Below, piece by piece: positions 11,401-23,792 of a DNA stretch of 50,991 nt (positions are counted from its first letter, which is position 1; every line of letters starts with the position of its first letter). The stretch is from Hyphochytrium catenoides (taxonomy: Eukaryota > Protista > Hyphochytriomycota). Position numbers and translations under genes: made by a program. The DNA is taken from NCBI GenBank assembly GCA_900088475.1, contig FLMG01002844.1, forward strand, positions 1 through 50,991, given 5' to 3'. Under the pieces are notes generated by a model that ran no database searches, was not told the DNA's origin, and worked only from the letters and a program-made list of their open reading frames with translations.

Positions 11401-13144
11401 GTCCTTTGTCCGCCATCTCCATTCTCTCTCGCCAAAGCTTAAAGCGTTGCCTGGGTATTGTCTGACTGCCCTCTCTTAAGCTTTGTTCTCTTCGTAGTCT
11501 TCTCACCTTTCTGTTCCTGTCCTTCCAGGTCTGTGAGGGGCAGCGACCTGATGTCACCCATCTCTCGGTACAGCTCATGCCCTACCCTTGGTTCGAGAGA
11601 CAGGTAGAGAAGACATACTAGATCACATTCCCAGTCTTTAACCCATATCTCACACTTCCCATTTCTTCTGGACGACAATCTGAGAGCAGAAAGTGCTCTA
11701 TCCGTTAGTCACTTTCCCTCCTCTCTTTGACGGTGTGACCACAAGCCGCTCCTCGCCGGGGAACACGAAGCTCATCCATGACTTCATGGAGGCAAACATT
11801 GGACGGCACCCAGAGATTTTCTTGGACTTGCACTCGCTGGTAAGGGAGCGGTCATTCTCTGCCTAGCAGTAGGATGTACGACAGTCTATGGAGACACACA
11901 AAAATTAGAGCATCTGCACCAAGGGGAGAGAAGCGGCAAAAGAGTGCATCTGCGGGAGCATGACTCGAACAGGGAGCGAGAGGGAGATAGTGGCCGTGGA
12001 GAAGAGACCTTCTCCCCCGTTAGGTGTTTAGACCGGGCATATGGAAGGGGACAACTCCCCGCCGAGCCTACAGCTTTCCAGGCATGCAGCCCATTCTCTA
12101 CTCAAACTGAGCGCTTTGCTGTTTACCCTTCGTTTCTCGAACCTTTCACTCTTTCCCTTTTGTTGTCTTTCTAGCATGACCCGGACATCAAGGATGAAGG
12201 ACGATGGTTTAGGTTCCGGGTGGTTCCGTACGGGTTGCTATGGAAAGTCACACGCGGAGATGCCTTAAGAAAGAAGCCGCAGCTCTATATTCGCCGCTGG
12301 CTGGAAAGCAATGCCCGGGCTTTCGAGGTCTTTGCGTCCTTGTTACCTTTTCTCCTTCAACTCTCTCTGGTCGTTTAGCTCGTTCTCTATCGTCTTGCCA
12401 AACACCGGGTTGGCCGTCTCTCTCTAACTCTAGCTTGCCCCTTGACGTCGTTGCGCGGCACCTTCTCAGACCATCAACAAGCACTTTCGCCCAGCTTTAG
12501 CCGGTAGGGCCCCTTTCTCCTCTGTCCATTGGCCACAGCTCTTGTTATCACCCTTTCTAACCTCCGCACAGAGAAATACGCCGCCGGAAGCTGGGAGAGG
12601 GCGGCGCTTAAAATCTACACGGACGGACGTTACCAGGCCGGGATCTTTATTCTGGGACTGGCGATGAAGAACCGACCAGCAACCGGTGAAGCTGCGACTC
12701 TCACTCTGTACTATAACATGCTCAAAGAGGCAGTCCAGGGGACACAAGAGGCCCTGAGAGGTAGTGACAAGGTACGCAGGCTGCGGATTTCTTTCCTTAT
12801 CAAAGGCTCTACTCTCTCCTACGACTAGAACTTTTGGACTGTCCCACTCAGAATGTCTAACAATCGCCTTTCTCCATCCTCAGGGCGCCATTACGGCTCT
12901 CCGCTACGACGTCTTGAAGAACGCAGCCTTGGCGCTCACTCAGCTCGAAGGCTTTCTGCGAGTGCTGCAAAAGTTTGATCACGTTCTTCCATCAGAGACA
13001 GAGAGTGCCGATGTACGGAACTACACTGTCGTGCAAAGGCGAATGGAAGAGGTGATTGAACAGTTCATCTCTGAGGCCCCGGGAGACAAAGATATTGGCG
13101 CTTTCCGCCGGATGGTCGCGCAATCGAGAGCGGGAGCGAGCTGA
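8407..13144 (+). CDS. TMEM260: TMEM260 / DUF2723 protein O-mannosyltransferase (GT-C fold, multi-pass), multi-exon
   Basis: PSIPGGD|SGELVAESCQLGVAHPPGYPLY joins across intron 1. Later exons give WEYSVGAE|VFALNN, LSNQHTS, SWGDTSNLRGFLRHFLREEYGT, RFWMQP and NSIRYLQ|VCEGQRPDV. The start could be 8407 or the next ATG. Confidence 0.92.
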
Positions 13145-13871
13145 GATAACCGCAAAGGAGCTTAACAGGGCCATTCGATGTCAGTATCAACTGGTGTCAG
13201 GGCCTAACAGACCTGCCTCGTATCTGTCGGGGATAAACATATATGCATTAAGCTGTCATTTCGTGAACAGTTGTCTCTTTCATTAGCCCCATCATCCAAT
13301 GGACAGGCAATCGCTCATTACAAGGTGTTCTGGAAGATCTCCGGCCGCAGCGAGCGCTATCGCTTCCATGACCTGCTGTCATGAACAACTCGATCCCTCA
13401 TCGCCTATTGTTCTATCAGCTTGCTAGTAGTAGGTCTCAAGATCTTTGCCTAGCACAGCTCTTCGCACTATAAAGATAATGTTGGCGGACTTCATTGATG
13501 CTGTTCTGCCTGCTTGCAAGGCCAGAGTCCGGTCCGAGAAGCTTTCTCTTCTGTTGACTCGACGGTGCCACTGCAGGCGGGGACGCGGCAGCTCAATCCA
13601 GCTGTCCAAACATCTCAAACTTTACGGTCCTTATGGCGAATTTAGCCTCATGTCTCCTATTTCAAGCTTACAATTGACCGATTTTGACATCAAGTACCGT
13701 TGGTTGGATAGCCTTACTTTGGGCTTACTGTATTCAACGAGAATAGCAAGTAATCCCAATCTGAATATAGCCGTTAGAGGCGCTTTAGCTTTGGAGGTGA
13801 GGTGAGCTTCACCTCTGACGATGAGAAGAGGAAGTGAAAAGAGCGGCGGACCAAAAATGTAACCTCAATGC

Positions 13872-13872
<1 letters not shown>

Positions 13873-13949
<77 letters not shown>

Positions 13950-13950
13950 T
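13873..13950. repeat. (CT)n microsatellite
   Basis: Long near-perfect CT dinucleotide run ending just before TTTTCTAG. Confidence 0.97.
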
Positions 13951-14336
13951 TTCTAGTTCCCCTGCTCCCATGCTGCTCTCTTCGACACCAGGCGATGAGA
14001 GTCCATTAGCCAGAGCTACAAGCGTGTCAAAAAGCCGTGGGGAAACTCTCCGCCCCAGACCTTTTGGTCCTGTCCCAAACCCGCCAAAGGTTCAATCCTT
14101 TTCCTTCCTCTTCCTCTACCCAGAAGCCAGACCCAAGGATCGACTCGCGCTCTTATCCACGACGTTCGCCTCCTTCAAACTTCCTCCTTTGCCAGAGGTT
14201 GACTGGCTCGATCTCCCTCAGTGTGCCACGCTTTGTCGTCAGTCCCAGACGAGCTTCAGCAGGATGATTGTCATTGGCAAAGATACCGAGGCAATAAACG
14301 CAAAGAGCGCCAGGATATTGCGTCGAGAGAAGCGCG

Positions 14337-15073
14337 ATGGGTTCCACTAGGGCACCGAGGGCCACAGGCTCCAGATCAGCGGTACGACCATCACCCGCCG
14401 CGGGGCGCTCTTCTCCCGCGAGAGATTTCAAGACTCAGAGACCAAGATCAAGGCCCCAGCCCGGCAACCGAAGGCAATTCAGTGCGACAAGCAGAAAGCC
14501 GCAGCTGGGTGAGATGAAGGTAGGCAGCTCTTCACGGAGTACTTACATAAAAGAGAGAGAGAGAGAAAAGGAGTGGCAGGACCCTTATTGTTATGAACAT
14601 AAAAGTCCACGGAGAGGCAAAGATGTGTACTGAAAGGGCAGCGGCTAATGGTCTGCGCCGGTGAAAGAATGCAGAGCTCCAGTCTCTTTCTCTATCCAAG
14701 CTCTAACATCCTGTCTTCTACTCTCCAGCCGCTGCCCAGCAATCCGTATAGTCATAGGCAGAGCAGTGGGGCCAGCGCACAGGAAAATAGGCCGGTTCAA
14801 CTCGTTCTCTGCGCTGTGCTGGCCATCCTGCTGCTAACAATCAGCCAGAGGGTCGGCCATCTACTGGGCCTGCCTGTCCCGCACTTCATCTCCGACTTTG
14901 GCCTGACGAACACGGGTTCGGCCAGTCTGCCAGTGCTCATGGTAGCGCTCTACCTTTTGCTCTTCAGGGATCAGGCGGGGCTACGGCGATGGCTGCGGTC
15001 CCGTCACGACAGGAGGAGGACGCGATCAAGAAGAAGTTCTTTCTCAATGGTGGCACGAGGACGGCACAGATGA
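14337..15073 (+). CDS. Hypothetical membrane protein (two hydrophobic segments, Arg-rich tail); 5' end uncertain
   Basis: Intron 14520-14728 (GTAGGC...CTAAC...CTCCAG) joins two ORFs in phase 0: ...GEMK|PLPSNPY...VQLVLCAVLAILLLTI...LPVLMVALYLLLF...RRRTRSRR. No family recognised. Confidence 0.5.
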
Positions 15074-15490
15074 TGGACCAGACGAGGAAGAGAGAAGCTT
15101 TCACTTTCTCCATATCTTTATTTGCGTTCCGCCTCCTGCACTTACTGATCCGCGGAGGCCAGTTATCAGCTCTCCAGTCCATTTTTCTCTGTGGAGAGGA
15201 GGCCAAGGAGAAAGCAAGGCCCATCCAGCGACATCTACTCCCTTCCTACTTGTGCTACCTCTCACGTGGACTGCCTCTCTAGCCCTCTTCCTGCCCTTTC
15301 GTATCAACAGGACATTGTACTTCGGCATTCTACGCTTGATCGTGACGTAAGACCTCCCGCCACGGTTCTAGAAGACGGCCCTTGTGGTTGCTGGCATATC
15401 GCTTGCGCCTTGGCGGCAGGCACGGATGAAAAGGGAGAGAGCACAACGTGATGAGACCAAGAAAGACCCAGCGTTATGCGCTTGGTGCTC

Positions 15491-18400
15491 TCATTCTCCA
15501 CCCCTTCTCCGCGCCAGAGCACGGGCAAGCTCACTGTTCATGCCGCTATCTGCAGCAACCGTAGCCTTCTCTCCAAACTTTCGAGCGCTACTATCACGAG
15601 ATTTCTATGTAGTAGGGACAAGGAAGAGAGAGCGAGAGCGTGAGAGAAATAGATAGTACACAGAGTAAGGAGAGGAATAGCAACCGTATCTGCCAATGCC
15701 ACAACTCCTTTTTTGCTTGCATCAGGAATGAAGGCGAGAAAAGGTGTCCGCACGGTGTAGAGGAAGAAGACGGTAATGGCGTGAGGGACCTGTTGGGTGC
15801 TAGAGAGGCGCGACTCTCGTTCTGCGGCTTTTTTGGCTTTCTTCTCCGCAACGCGCTGGCGGCGTAGTTCCTCTCTCTTAGCGTCTCTCTGCATTTGTAC
15901 ATGCAAGCTATCAGCTCATAATAAGACAGCAGCCACGCTGTAGTGCAAAGCCTAGGATTGTCTCTGTCTTCCCTCTCTCTATCTTCTCATCCTTACACTA
16001 ACAATCATCGTCGACCTCTTCTTACCATTGCCTGACGGCGCTCGCGCTCCTCTGCAGCTTTTCTCCGCTCTTCTTCCATCTTTTTCCGTCGTATCTTCTC
16101 TCTCTTTCGTCGCGCCCTCACAGCAGACTCTGGTACACCTAGTGAGAGGAAGGCTCTTCTGCATATCATCTTTTCCCAAACCGCAAGGACGAAGAGCTTT
16201 TCTACCTGCACTAGCAGCAACTTGGACTATATCTCCGGCACCGCTGAGGGTGATGTCAAGCTTTTTTCCCGTCTTGTTGAACATTATAGGTCCCGCTGGG
16301 GTGAGCGCTAACTGTGGACAAATCGAATATCAGCTGGTTAGAGCTTCTCTCACATCGTGACATTCTGCTCTCTTCTATTCGAGACCTCTGGTATCGGGTG
16401 CCGTCGCAGCTGTATCTCGTTGCCGAAGTCCACTGTCAGCTCCCTACCGCTTGTCTTCAGCACAGCATCTGATAAAACCCCTAATGGAGAGAGAGATGTC
16501 AGTCAACAAGTAGCTTTCTAACAGTAAGAGGAGCTTGAAAGAGGGAGAAGCTGCCATCGAACCGTAGCTGCATGTGCGGGTGAGCGAAGAAGAGAGAGAC
16601 AGAGGAAGCGGAAGAGAACGAAGCTGGAGAGAGCATGACGAAATATAAAACGAGAGTTGCACAGCACACAGCAAGAGACTGTCATCCTCTGTCGACCTAG
16701 TATTTCTGACTTCTTATCTGTTGAGAGGATCTGATCCTCAAGAACTTCAGTGGAGAAGAACCCAACGACCTCGTCCCAAACTGCAGGAGGACAGACTCAG
16801 ATCGCTGCTTGCAAGGACCGCAAACCATCAAACGAAGGAGGAAGAAGAAGAAGAGGTAACGCGGAGAAGTGACGCGACGCAGAGAAAGGGTACTGGATGA
16901 CACCTCTAACAGGACTATAAAAGCCCTTATCAGGGACGCAGAATGTCTGAGCACAGACGGCATCGCAGAATATCTTCCCCGTGACTCTGCAGTGGTGCCG
17001 ACGCCTGAACATCGTAAAGGGCTGCTGGGTTCCCATGCAGACAGGAGCCTGTAGAGGAGAGAGACGAAGCGGTCACTTTGAAGGGTAAAGGGCCAGTAAG
17101 TAAAGGCTTGAGAAAGATGAAGATTAATCAGCGCTGAAGGAGCGGACAAGACAGGAGGAGCAACCCAATGCACCTGCTTGTTATCGAGCCAGTTCGACGT
17201 GTCAGGCTTCTCCATGCGTTCTGGAACCTTGACGTTTACAATGATGACACTATCTGCCAGCTGGGAGAGCTTCAGACCTTCCACCTCAGAGATGAGGATA
17301 CGACGGCGCAGGAAGACCAATGGTTGAGTCTAGAACATGGTGTCAAAAGAAGAGATGTGCCCAACGTCAGCTCCGATGGTCTATCTAACGCCATGACACT
17401 GCTTTGTTTGTTCTCTCTACTTTGTCTCTCTCTCTCTCTCCCTTCTCTTTGAGTCTCCTTATACATCTCCGTCTCCCCGTCCCTACCCAACTTGCGTTCT
17501 TCGCCTTAGGGTCTGGCGCTGAACGGGGAACGGTCTGCATCAGATAGAGAGCGGAAGGGGTGATGGCCAGCAACCGACATACCCGCCGCGGTGGAGAATT
17601 TGCCTCTTCTCCCTTAACCACTCTGTCAACCTGCAGACAAGGATGGGTTCTTAACAAATGGACGAAGTTTCAGAACTTCTGGTAAGAGTCGCAACGCTGA
17701 CCCAAAAAAGCTCAGTCGAGCGCAGAAATGCAGGCGAGAGAGGGGCTGCTACTCGCAGGATGGGAGGAATAGTCAGAGGCGACTGCAGACCAATGGAAAA
17801 GAAGTGACGGAGAGAGCTGACCGGACCTTGTCAAGAAAGAGAATGCGTTCATCTTCCCCATAGTAGTCAATGATATCTCGCACTGCATCCTTCTCCTCAC
17901 CGTCATGCACATAATCACCGTCAAAAGGTCTGAATATAGAGGCAGCCCGCCTCTCCTTCCTGTCAGAGGGCAAAGCCGAGACGGAAAGAGAAAGGGCTTA
18001 GTAATCGTCCTGCCTCTCACTTCCCTGTGCACGAGCCACTTGATTATTCATGGCATTCGCGCTCTGAACGTCCAATCCTCCCATTTCCTATCTCCATTCT
18101 GTCACTGGCAGCCTCCCATCCAAGCTCCTTTCTGATATCGCCCCACAGTACATATAGGCAGCAGATCCCTTACGAGTGACTGGCATAGAGCTTGGCTATG
18201 CGCTGCTGCAGCAGAAGGTAGTGACGCCGACCAATAAACTTCCTCCACGCGCGCTGGATCCTTGTCACATAGCTTCCGACTGTTTTCTCTCTCAGCCTAA
18301 CAGGAAGGTAGAAGCCCAACAAGGTTGAGATGCAAGTGAGAGTGCTCAAGCGGAGAGAGAGACGCGCAGCCACGTGACCCTTGCACTTTCTTACCTTTCT

Positions 18401-21400
18401 AGGTTGAAGTACGTTTCTGGAGTTCTGATAAAGATCATCGTCTTTCCCAGCTGCACCTCGTGCTCCAACTCAGGCAGAGATTTTGTTGCAGATCTAAGAA
18501 TCGCCTTTGTACCTTTAGGAGCAGGTGAAGTCAGCCCCAATGGAATGGAAAAACCATTCTAGAGTGATTAGGAAGAGAAGAAGGTCGGACTGGAGATAGG
18601 CTAGTGGTAGCGTGAAGCAGGAGTTGGAGAAGCCGAGCGAACAGAGGGGTTTCTCCGAAGCCATGCCCCAAGGTCAGAAGGATCTGAGAGGGAATCCCGG
18701 TTCCGCATTAGCTGCGATGTTAATCAGTCGGACCTCTCTTATCTCCATGTTTCCACTCCGGGTAAGTCTCTTTTGACAGAATACGGAAGCGGTCAAGAAA
18801 CCGTCCATACTCCGTGCGATATGCAAACCCTGCGCGCCGCACCTAGAGCGTCGGAGTTAGTCTTTAGTCGGCTGAACATCTGTCCGTTTCCCAGCTCCGA
18901 CAAGGAAAGCTTCCGGTCTCGTCTTTATCTCACTAAAAGTTGGACTCCATAGCTTCTATCCTACGCTCATGCGACGGCCCTTTTGCTTTCTTGGTCCTGC
19001 GGCGCCTCCTACCTTGATATTCTCCAACAGCCCTAAGTATTGGATTTGGTGCAACACCCTTTGATCGTCGATGACACCTGCTTTCTTCTTCTCGTTACTC
19101 TTGATACATCGCACATAGTGAGGACTGCAGCCCATTAGCGCTGCCACCAACTCGTTGCATTGGGTCCGAATTTTCCACCTGTCAGGATTGTAAATGGGCA
19201 CGAGGCACGGAGGAGGTCAACCTGGGAGGAAAGCCCTTAACTTAGAAGATCCAGACGAGGAGGACGACGATGGAGTGTCCAAGACGACGCAAACGGCCCA
19301 CAAAGCCACCTTGCAAACAGCAGCATTGTAGAGCTTAGTTGCCATCCTCTGTCTTTCTTACCCCGCAGTCTTGGGCATTTGTTTGTCGTTGAGATCCACC
19401 ACTTCGGGATACAAATGCTGCAGCAATTTATTAGAGGATCCCTTGACGACCAAGGTGATATCCTTGGCCAGAAAGTCCTTGAATGGGGAAGGGCATTGGG
19501 ATGGGGCAGGAGGGCGTACTAATGAGCCAGACGTGCTATCGGCTGATGATGCAGTCAGGAGCAACAATAGCATGGTCTAAGGCGGCAGTAAATCCTAATC
19601 CTCTGTGAGAGTACCCGAGGAGTCCCAAAAGAAGAGGCTTCATAGCCGCTTCGGCACCCCGCTTTGCGAAACGATCATCTTATCTCTTACCTTGGTAGCA
19701 TCAGAGAAGCCTGAGATATTGTACTGGACCTGGCCTGCATAGTGGCGGATTTCGAAAACTCTGCCTCTTTTGCCAAAGTGAGGATGAGACCGATGGAAGC
19801 CTGCCACTTTATCTAAAAAGCTGCAAAGCAACATGCGCAAGCCCTTAGACAGTCATATTTGCAAAAGGCTCATGGAAGTCGCAGGTCACGCTGGAGGCAG
19901 AGCTTAATAGCGTAAGAGCCCTACGTGTCGTCAACTCTGTCTCCTCCAAGACTATGAGCTGTCTTTATCGTGTCATCCAGAATGAGGAAGACTCCAGGTG
20001 GCTGGCGGCCTTCGATAAGCTCGCAAACAATCTATGGTAAGTGTAGGGTTAGTTTGGGCAGCAGTGAGAGAAGCGCAAAGCAAAGCTGGGTCCTCTTAAT
20101 GCGCCCTTTGGAGGGACTATAAGAAGAAGGACAAACGATAAGGAAGAAGGGAAGCAAGATTTGCACCTTATTGTTGAAGAACGGGATGGGCTTCCAAGCA
20201 ATGCCCTCCCGGGCATATTCTTCCTGCAGGCGGAAGATCAGTGCACAAAATCATGTCTCGCTTTGACAACTGGCTGGCCCCTCCCTTTTTCCCGCCCATA
20301 CTTTCTACCTTTTAACATATAATCAGCACTAATTACGCATTCACCTGTTCTGCATTGAGCGTTAGCTCTATGAAAATTTGTTGGAGCTTCTCGTTGACAT
20401 AGTTGATGCAAAACTGCTCAAAACCGTTGTTGTCAAAGATCTCAAAGCCATAAATGTCCAGGACGCCTAAATAATGAGTCACTGGAGTTAGTGAAGGTCA
20501 CATCGATGTGTCCTTTAGACTTAGTATCGTAGGTTTACCGATGGAATAAAGCGAATCCTCATTGATCTCTTCTCCCATATCCCTTCTCTTCTCAATATCC
20601 AGCGCACTGTTAACTCTCGCCACCAGGAAGTCAAAGATCCTCTCGTATAGACTCTTTGCCAAACCGTCGCGCGAAGCAGCTGCCTGGATTGGGTTCTGCG
20701 GGACCTGGTAAGTCTCAACCTTTCCTCCGGGGGCCATGGTCTGCAGCGTTCGGCTCGTGAGCGAGGCTGAAAGAGAAGAGGCATCCATTCCCAGGAGGTT
20801 GCAGAAAAGTTGAAGAGAATCTCCTGAGGAAACAGCAGACCCTTCTGCGTCTCCAACCTACCGGCAAACAATCAGGAATGGGTGGGGTGAGACGGGGTAA
20901 GACATGCTAGCATACGATACGAGTAAGCAGAGGAAACCAACAGCAGAGCTGAAGAACAATATCGCTCAGTCGCTGGCTGGTAGGCAACAACAAGTGGCAC
21001 ACAGTTGCTAGTGTAAACAGGCACGATCGCCTCAGTAATCCATGCAAGAGGTCCATTTATCGAGAACGAAGGTTCGTAAGGTCAGAAGTAAGTTGACAAA
21101 GACGGAGGTGAAAGGCAGGCATACCTGTTTTGGACTAAATTTTACGTTTCCAAGGTGTAGGATCGCTGCGATGGCTTGCAAGACGAGTTCCATCTGCTTC
21201 TTCTTTAGACCCACGCTACGCATTGCGTGCAGCGTCTCATTAAATTCCTGGACAAAACATACGATCGCAGAGAAGAGGACGTAAGAGAGAAAGAAAGAGA
21301 TAGGGATGCCATGTGCGTCAGACTCCCTAAGCAGTAGATAACGCTGTATTTGGTGGGAGAGGATAATGGCGGTTAAACAAACGGTCGATAATCTAAAAGT

Positions 21401-23100
21401 CTACCTCGGCATCATCCACTCCTTCTACTTGGTAACAACCGCTCTGGGAAAGGTAGTGGAACTCTTCGTTGCGCTTTAAGAAGAAAGCATCTCTGGCAGG
21501 CAAAACAATAAGATGGACATCAAACCTTATTGATGGAGGCAGATGCCTTCAGTAGTAGGTGAAGTGCCGCACAACAGGAATGAGGGATAAGAGAAGAGAA
21601 TCTGGAAGAGCCTAGCGTGTGAGGCAAAAAGAGAGAGAGAGACAGGGAGAGAGATGAAGGGAAAAGAGCTATCACTACCTAACTTTGGCGGGAGCTCCAG
21701 CCAGAAGCTGGTGAAATATGTGAAAATTCCTCTCTCCTGGTCCTGGTTTCACCACGCGCGACTTCTCTAGCAGGTAGTTTGTCACCTTGCCGCCCTGCGG
21801 ACGGCCAGATGCGTCAAACTTAAGCTCGAAGTACTTTCCGAATCTGCTGCTATTATTGTTCCTCAAAGTCTTTGCATTGCCAAAAGCCTCAAGGAGAGGG
21901 TTGCTGTCTAGAAAGACTCTCTTTACCTGTGATTGAGGGTAGGGCCAAGGGCAAGCGTCAGAGGGAACAAAACCTAGTCACTGCCGAGAGAGAGAGAATA
22001 AAGGGAGGGCGTAACGAAGCAAGAGGAGGCCAAGAGCTGAATATCCACTCAACTAACTTTTTCCACATCCTCTCCACCTCCGCTGATAGAGGCAATGTAG
22101 TTCTGGATTTGCTTTGAAGCTTCAGTTTTCCCAGCTCCACTCTCTCCTGCCATAGTGATGCAGCAGAAAGTCACGAAGATCAGAATCTAATGGATGTGAT
22201 GACGGCGAGCCCGATGGAGCCACAGGCTAACACCGGACTAGGATCCGAGCGTGGTGTTATCAATGGAAAAAGACCATTTGGGAGAAGGCATAAGGCAGAG
22301 GCACTGAGCGGGAGAAAGCTGAGCACTAACGCAGAGGCACTGAGCTGGTCGCCATGACGGGTAGTAGGGAGGAAGTGTCAATAAGGGCACTGTGTTAGGG
22401 CTCCTAACTAGTAGCCTCACCACTAATGATGATGCACTGATTTTCCTCCTCATTTAGCATGGCGCGGTAGGAGGCCTCAGCAATAGCGAACACATGAGGA
22501 GGGCAGTCAATGCGCGCCTTTCTGACGTACTTCTTTATAGTGCGGTCGTCATAGATGGTCAGCCATTTGTACGGATTGACTGCGGATGGTGAAGGTTAGA
22601 GAGTGGACATGGCATTTGACTAGAAAAACATGGGAAAAGGAGTGCAGGAGGAGGTTGCTGCCCTTGGACCGGAAAGAGGCAAAGGAGCACTCATAAGATG
22701 GAAGGGAACGGAGGCGGGGCGGGAGGATCGAGGCCTTCAAGCGCCAGCGATCCAATCGCTCTAACAGAAGGAAACGAGCGCAGTGACATAGCAATTAAAA
22801 TGGTGGACATTCCATTTCATGGAAGGGAAGAGCCAAGAGATAAGCAAAGGAGGATTGAGAGAGATAAGTGCGAGAGAGGATGAGCTAATGAATACCAACG
22901 ACAAGCACGTGTCCGATGAAGGTGTAGATCTGGTCAGCCGCGTGCCTCATTTTTAAATTTTCTAGGATTCCCTTCTCTGACAGCTCTCTGATCAGCACCA
23001 TGTCCTCCACGCCGATCACGGCTCTCTCCACGGCAAAGGACTCATCGTCTCCTTTAGGACCGGCCCTTGGCCTCCCAGTCGTTTTGCTCCTAGAGCCCAT
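15491..23100 (-). CDS. MYO1: Class I myosin: motor, one IQ, TH1 with FYVE-like insert, charged helix, short C-terminal motif; roughly 25+ exons
   Basis: [24 protein letters not shown]-loop [54 protein letters not shown] motif [12 protein letters not shown] and TH1 motif [10 protein letters not shown]. The last exon ends [16 protein letters not shown] at 15491. Confidence 0.93.
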
Positions 23101-23792
23101 CCTGGCTTGCGTTATTCAGAGAAGATGCAACTGGGAGGAAAAGGGCAGCTACTCAGACAATACTTGGAGGCGACAAATGATTGAGGAAGACACCAGACCC
23201 GCCAGCTTCCAACCAGCCTTCACTGCTCGGCTCCCGATGCTGCCTGGTGCATGCTCTGGTCCTTCTCTCGCTTAGAGTGTGTTGCGCGGCCGAGCGGTGA
23301 CCTGCTTGCTGCTCGAGGGCTTTTGTGCCTTTGCTTGAGTGATTGAAGACTTGAAGACAATCGCAAGGATAGAGGAAGATCAGAACCGGTCCAAAGTGAC
23401 GGTTAGCGGCTTAGCCGTCGGTTATTATCATGGCGCTAAAGAAAGAGAAGTAAGGCTATCAGGCTCTTGATGTTGGTTGCTAATGAGCTGTGAGGCTCCG
23501 CGTCGTGGTTGAGCCGGGAGATAACGACAGGTTGTTCACCGCAGCCATGTCATACACCTTGTCATAGGTAAACAGAAGAGGCAAGAAAGTCTGATAGCTG
23601 CGAGATAGTGCTGACTTAAAGGGTTTGCTTTCCGCAACAGCCCTTCTTTTGATAGTTATGTGGTCCACGTAAGCTCCTTCCCATGTCAAGGTTTTCCTTC
23701 CTATCCAGGTGATAATACATTTAGCGATCATCTCTCCTTATAAACAGTCAGGATTAAGTTATAACGACGATAACGAGAGAACTATTATTTTT

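Noticed and set aside
13774-13971. ER-rich and SL-rich ORFs
   Set aside because: Translations of the (CT)n microsatellite.
22295-22345. 15-bp direct repeat GCAGAGGCACTGAGC in a myosin intron
   Set aside because: Short local duplication with no element structure.
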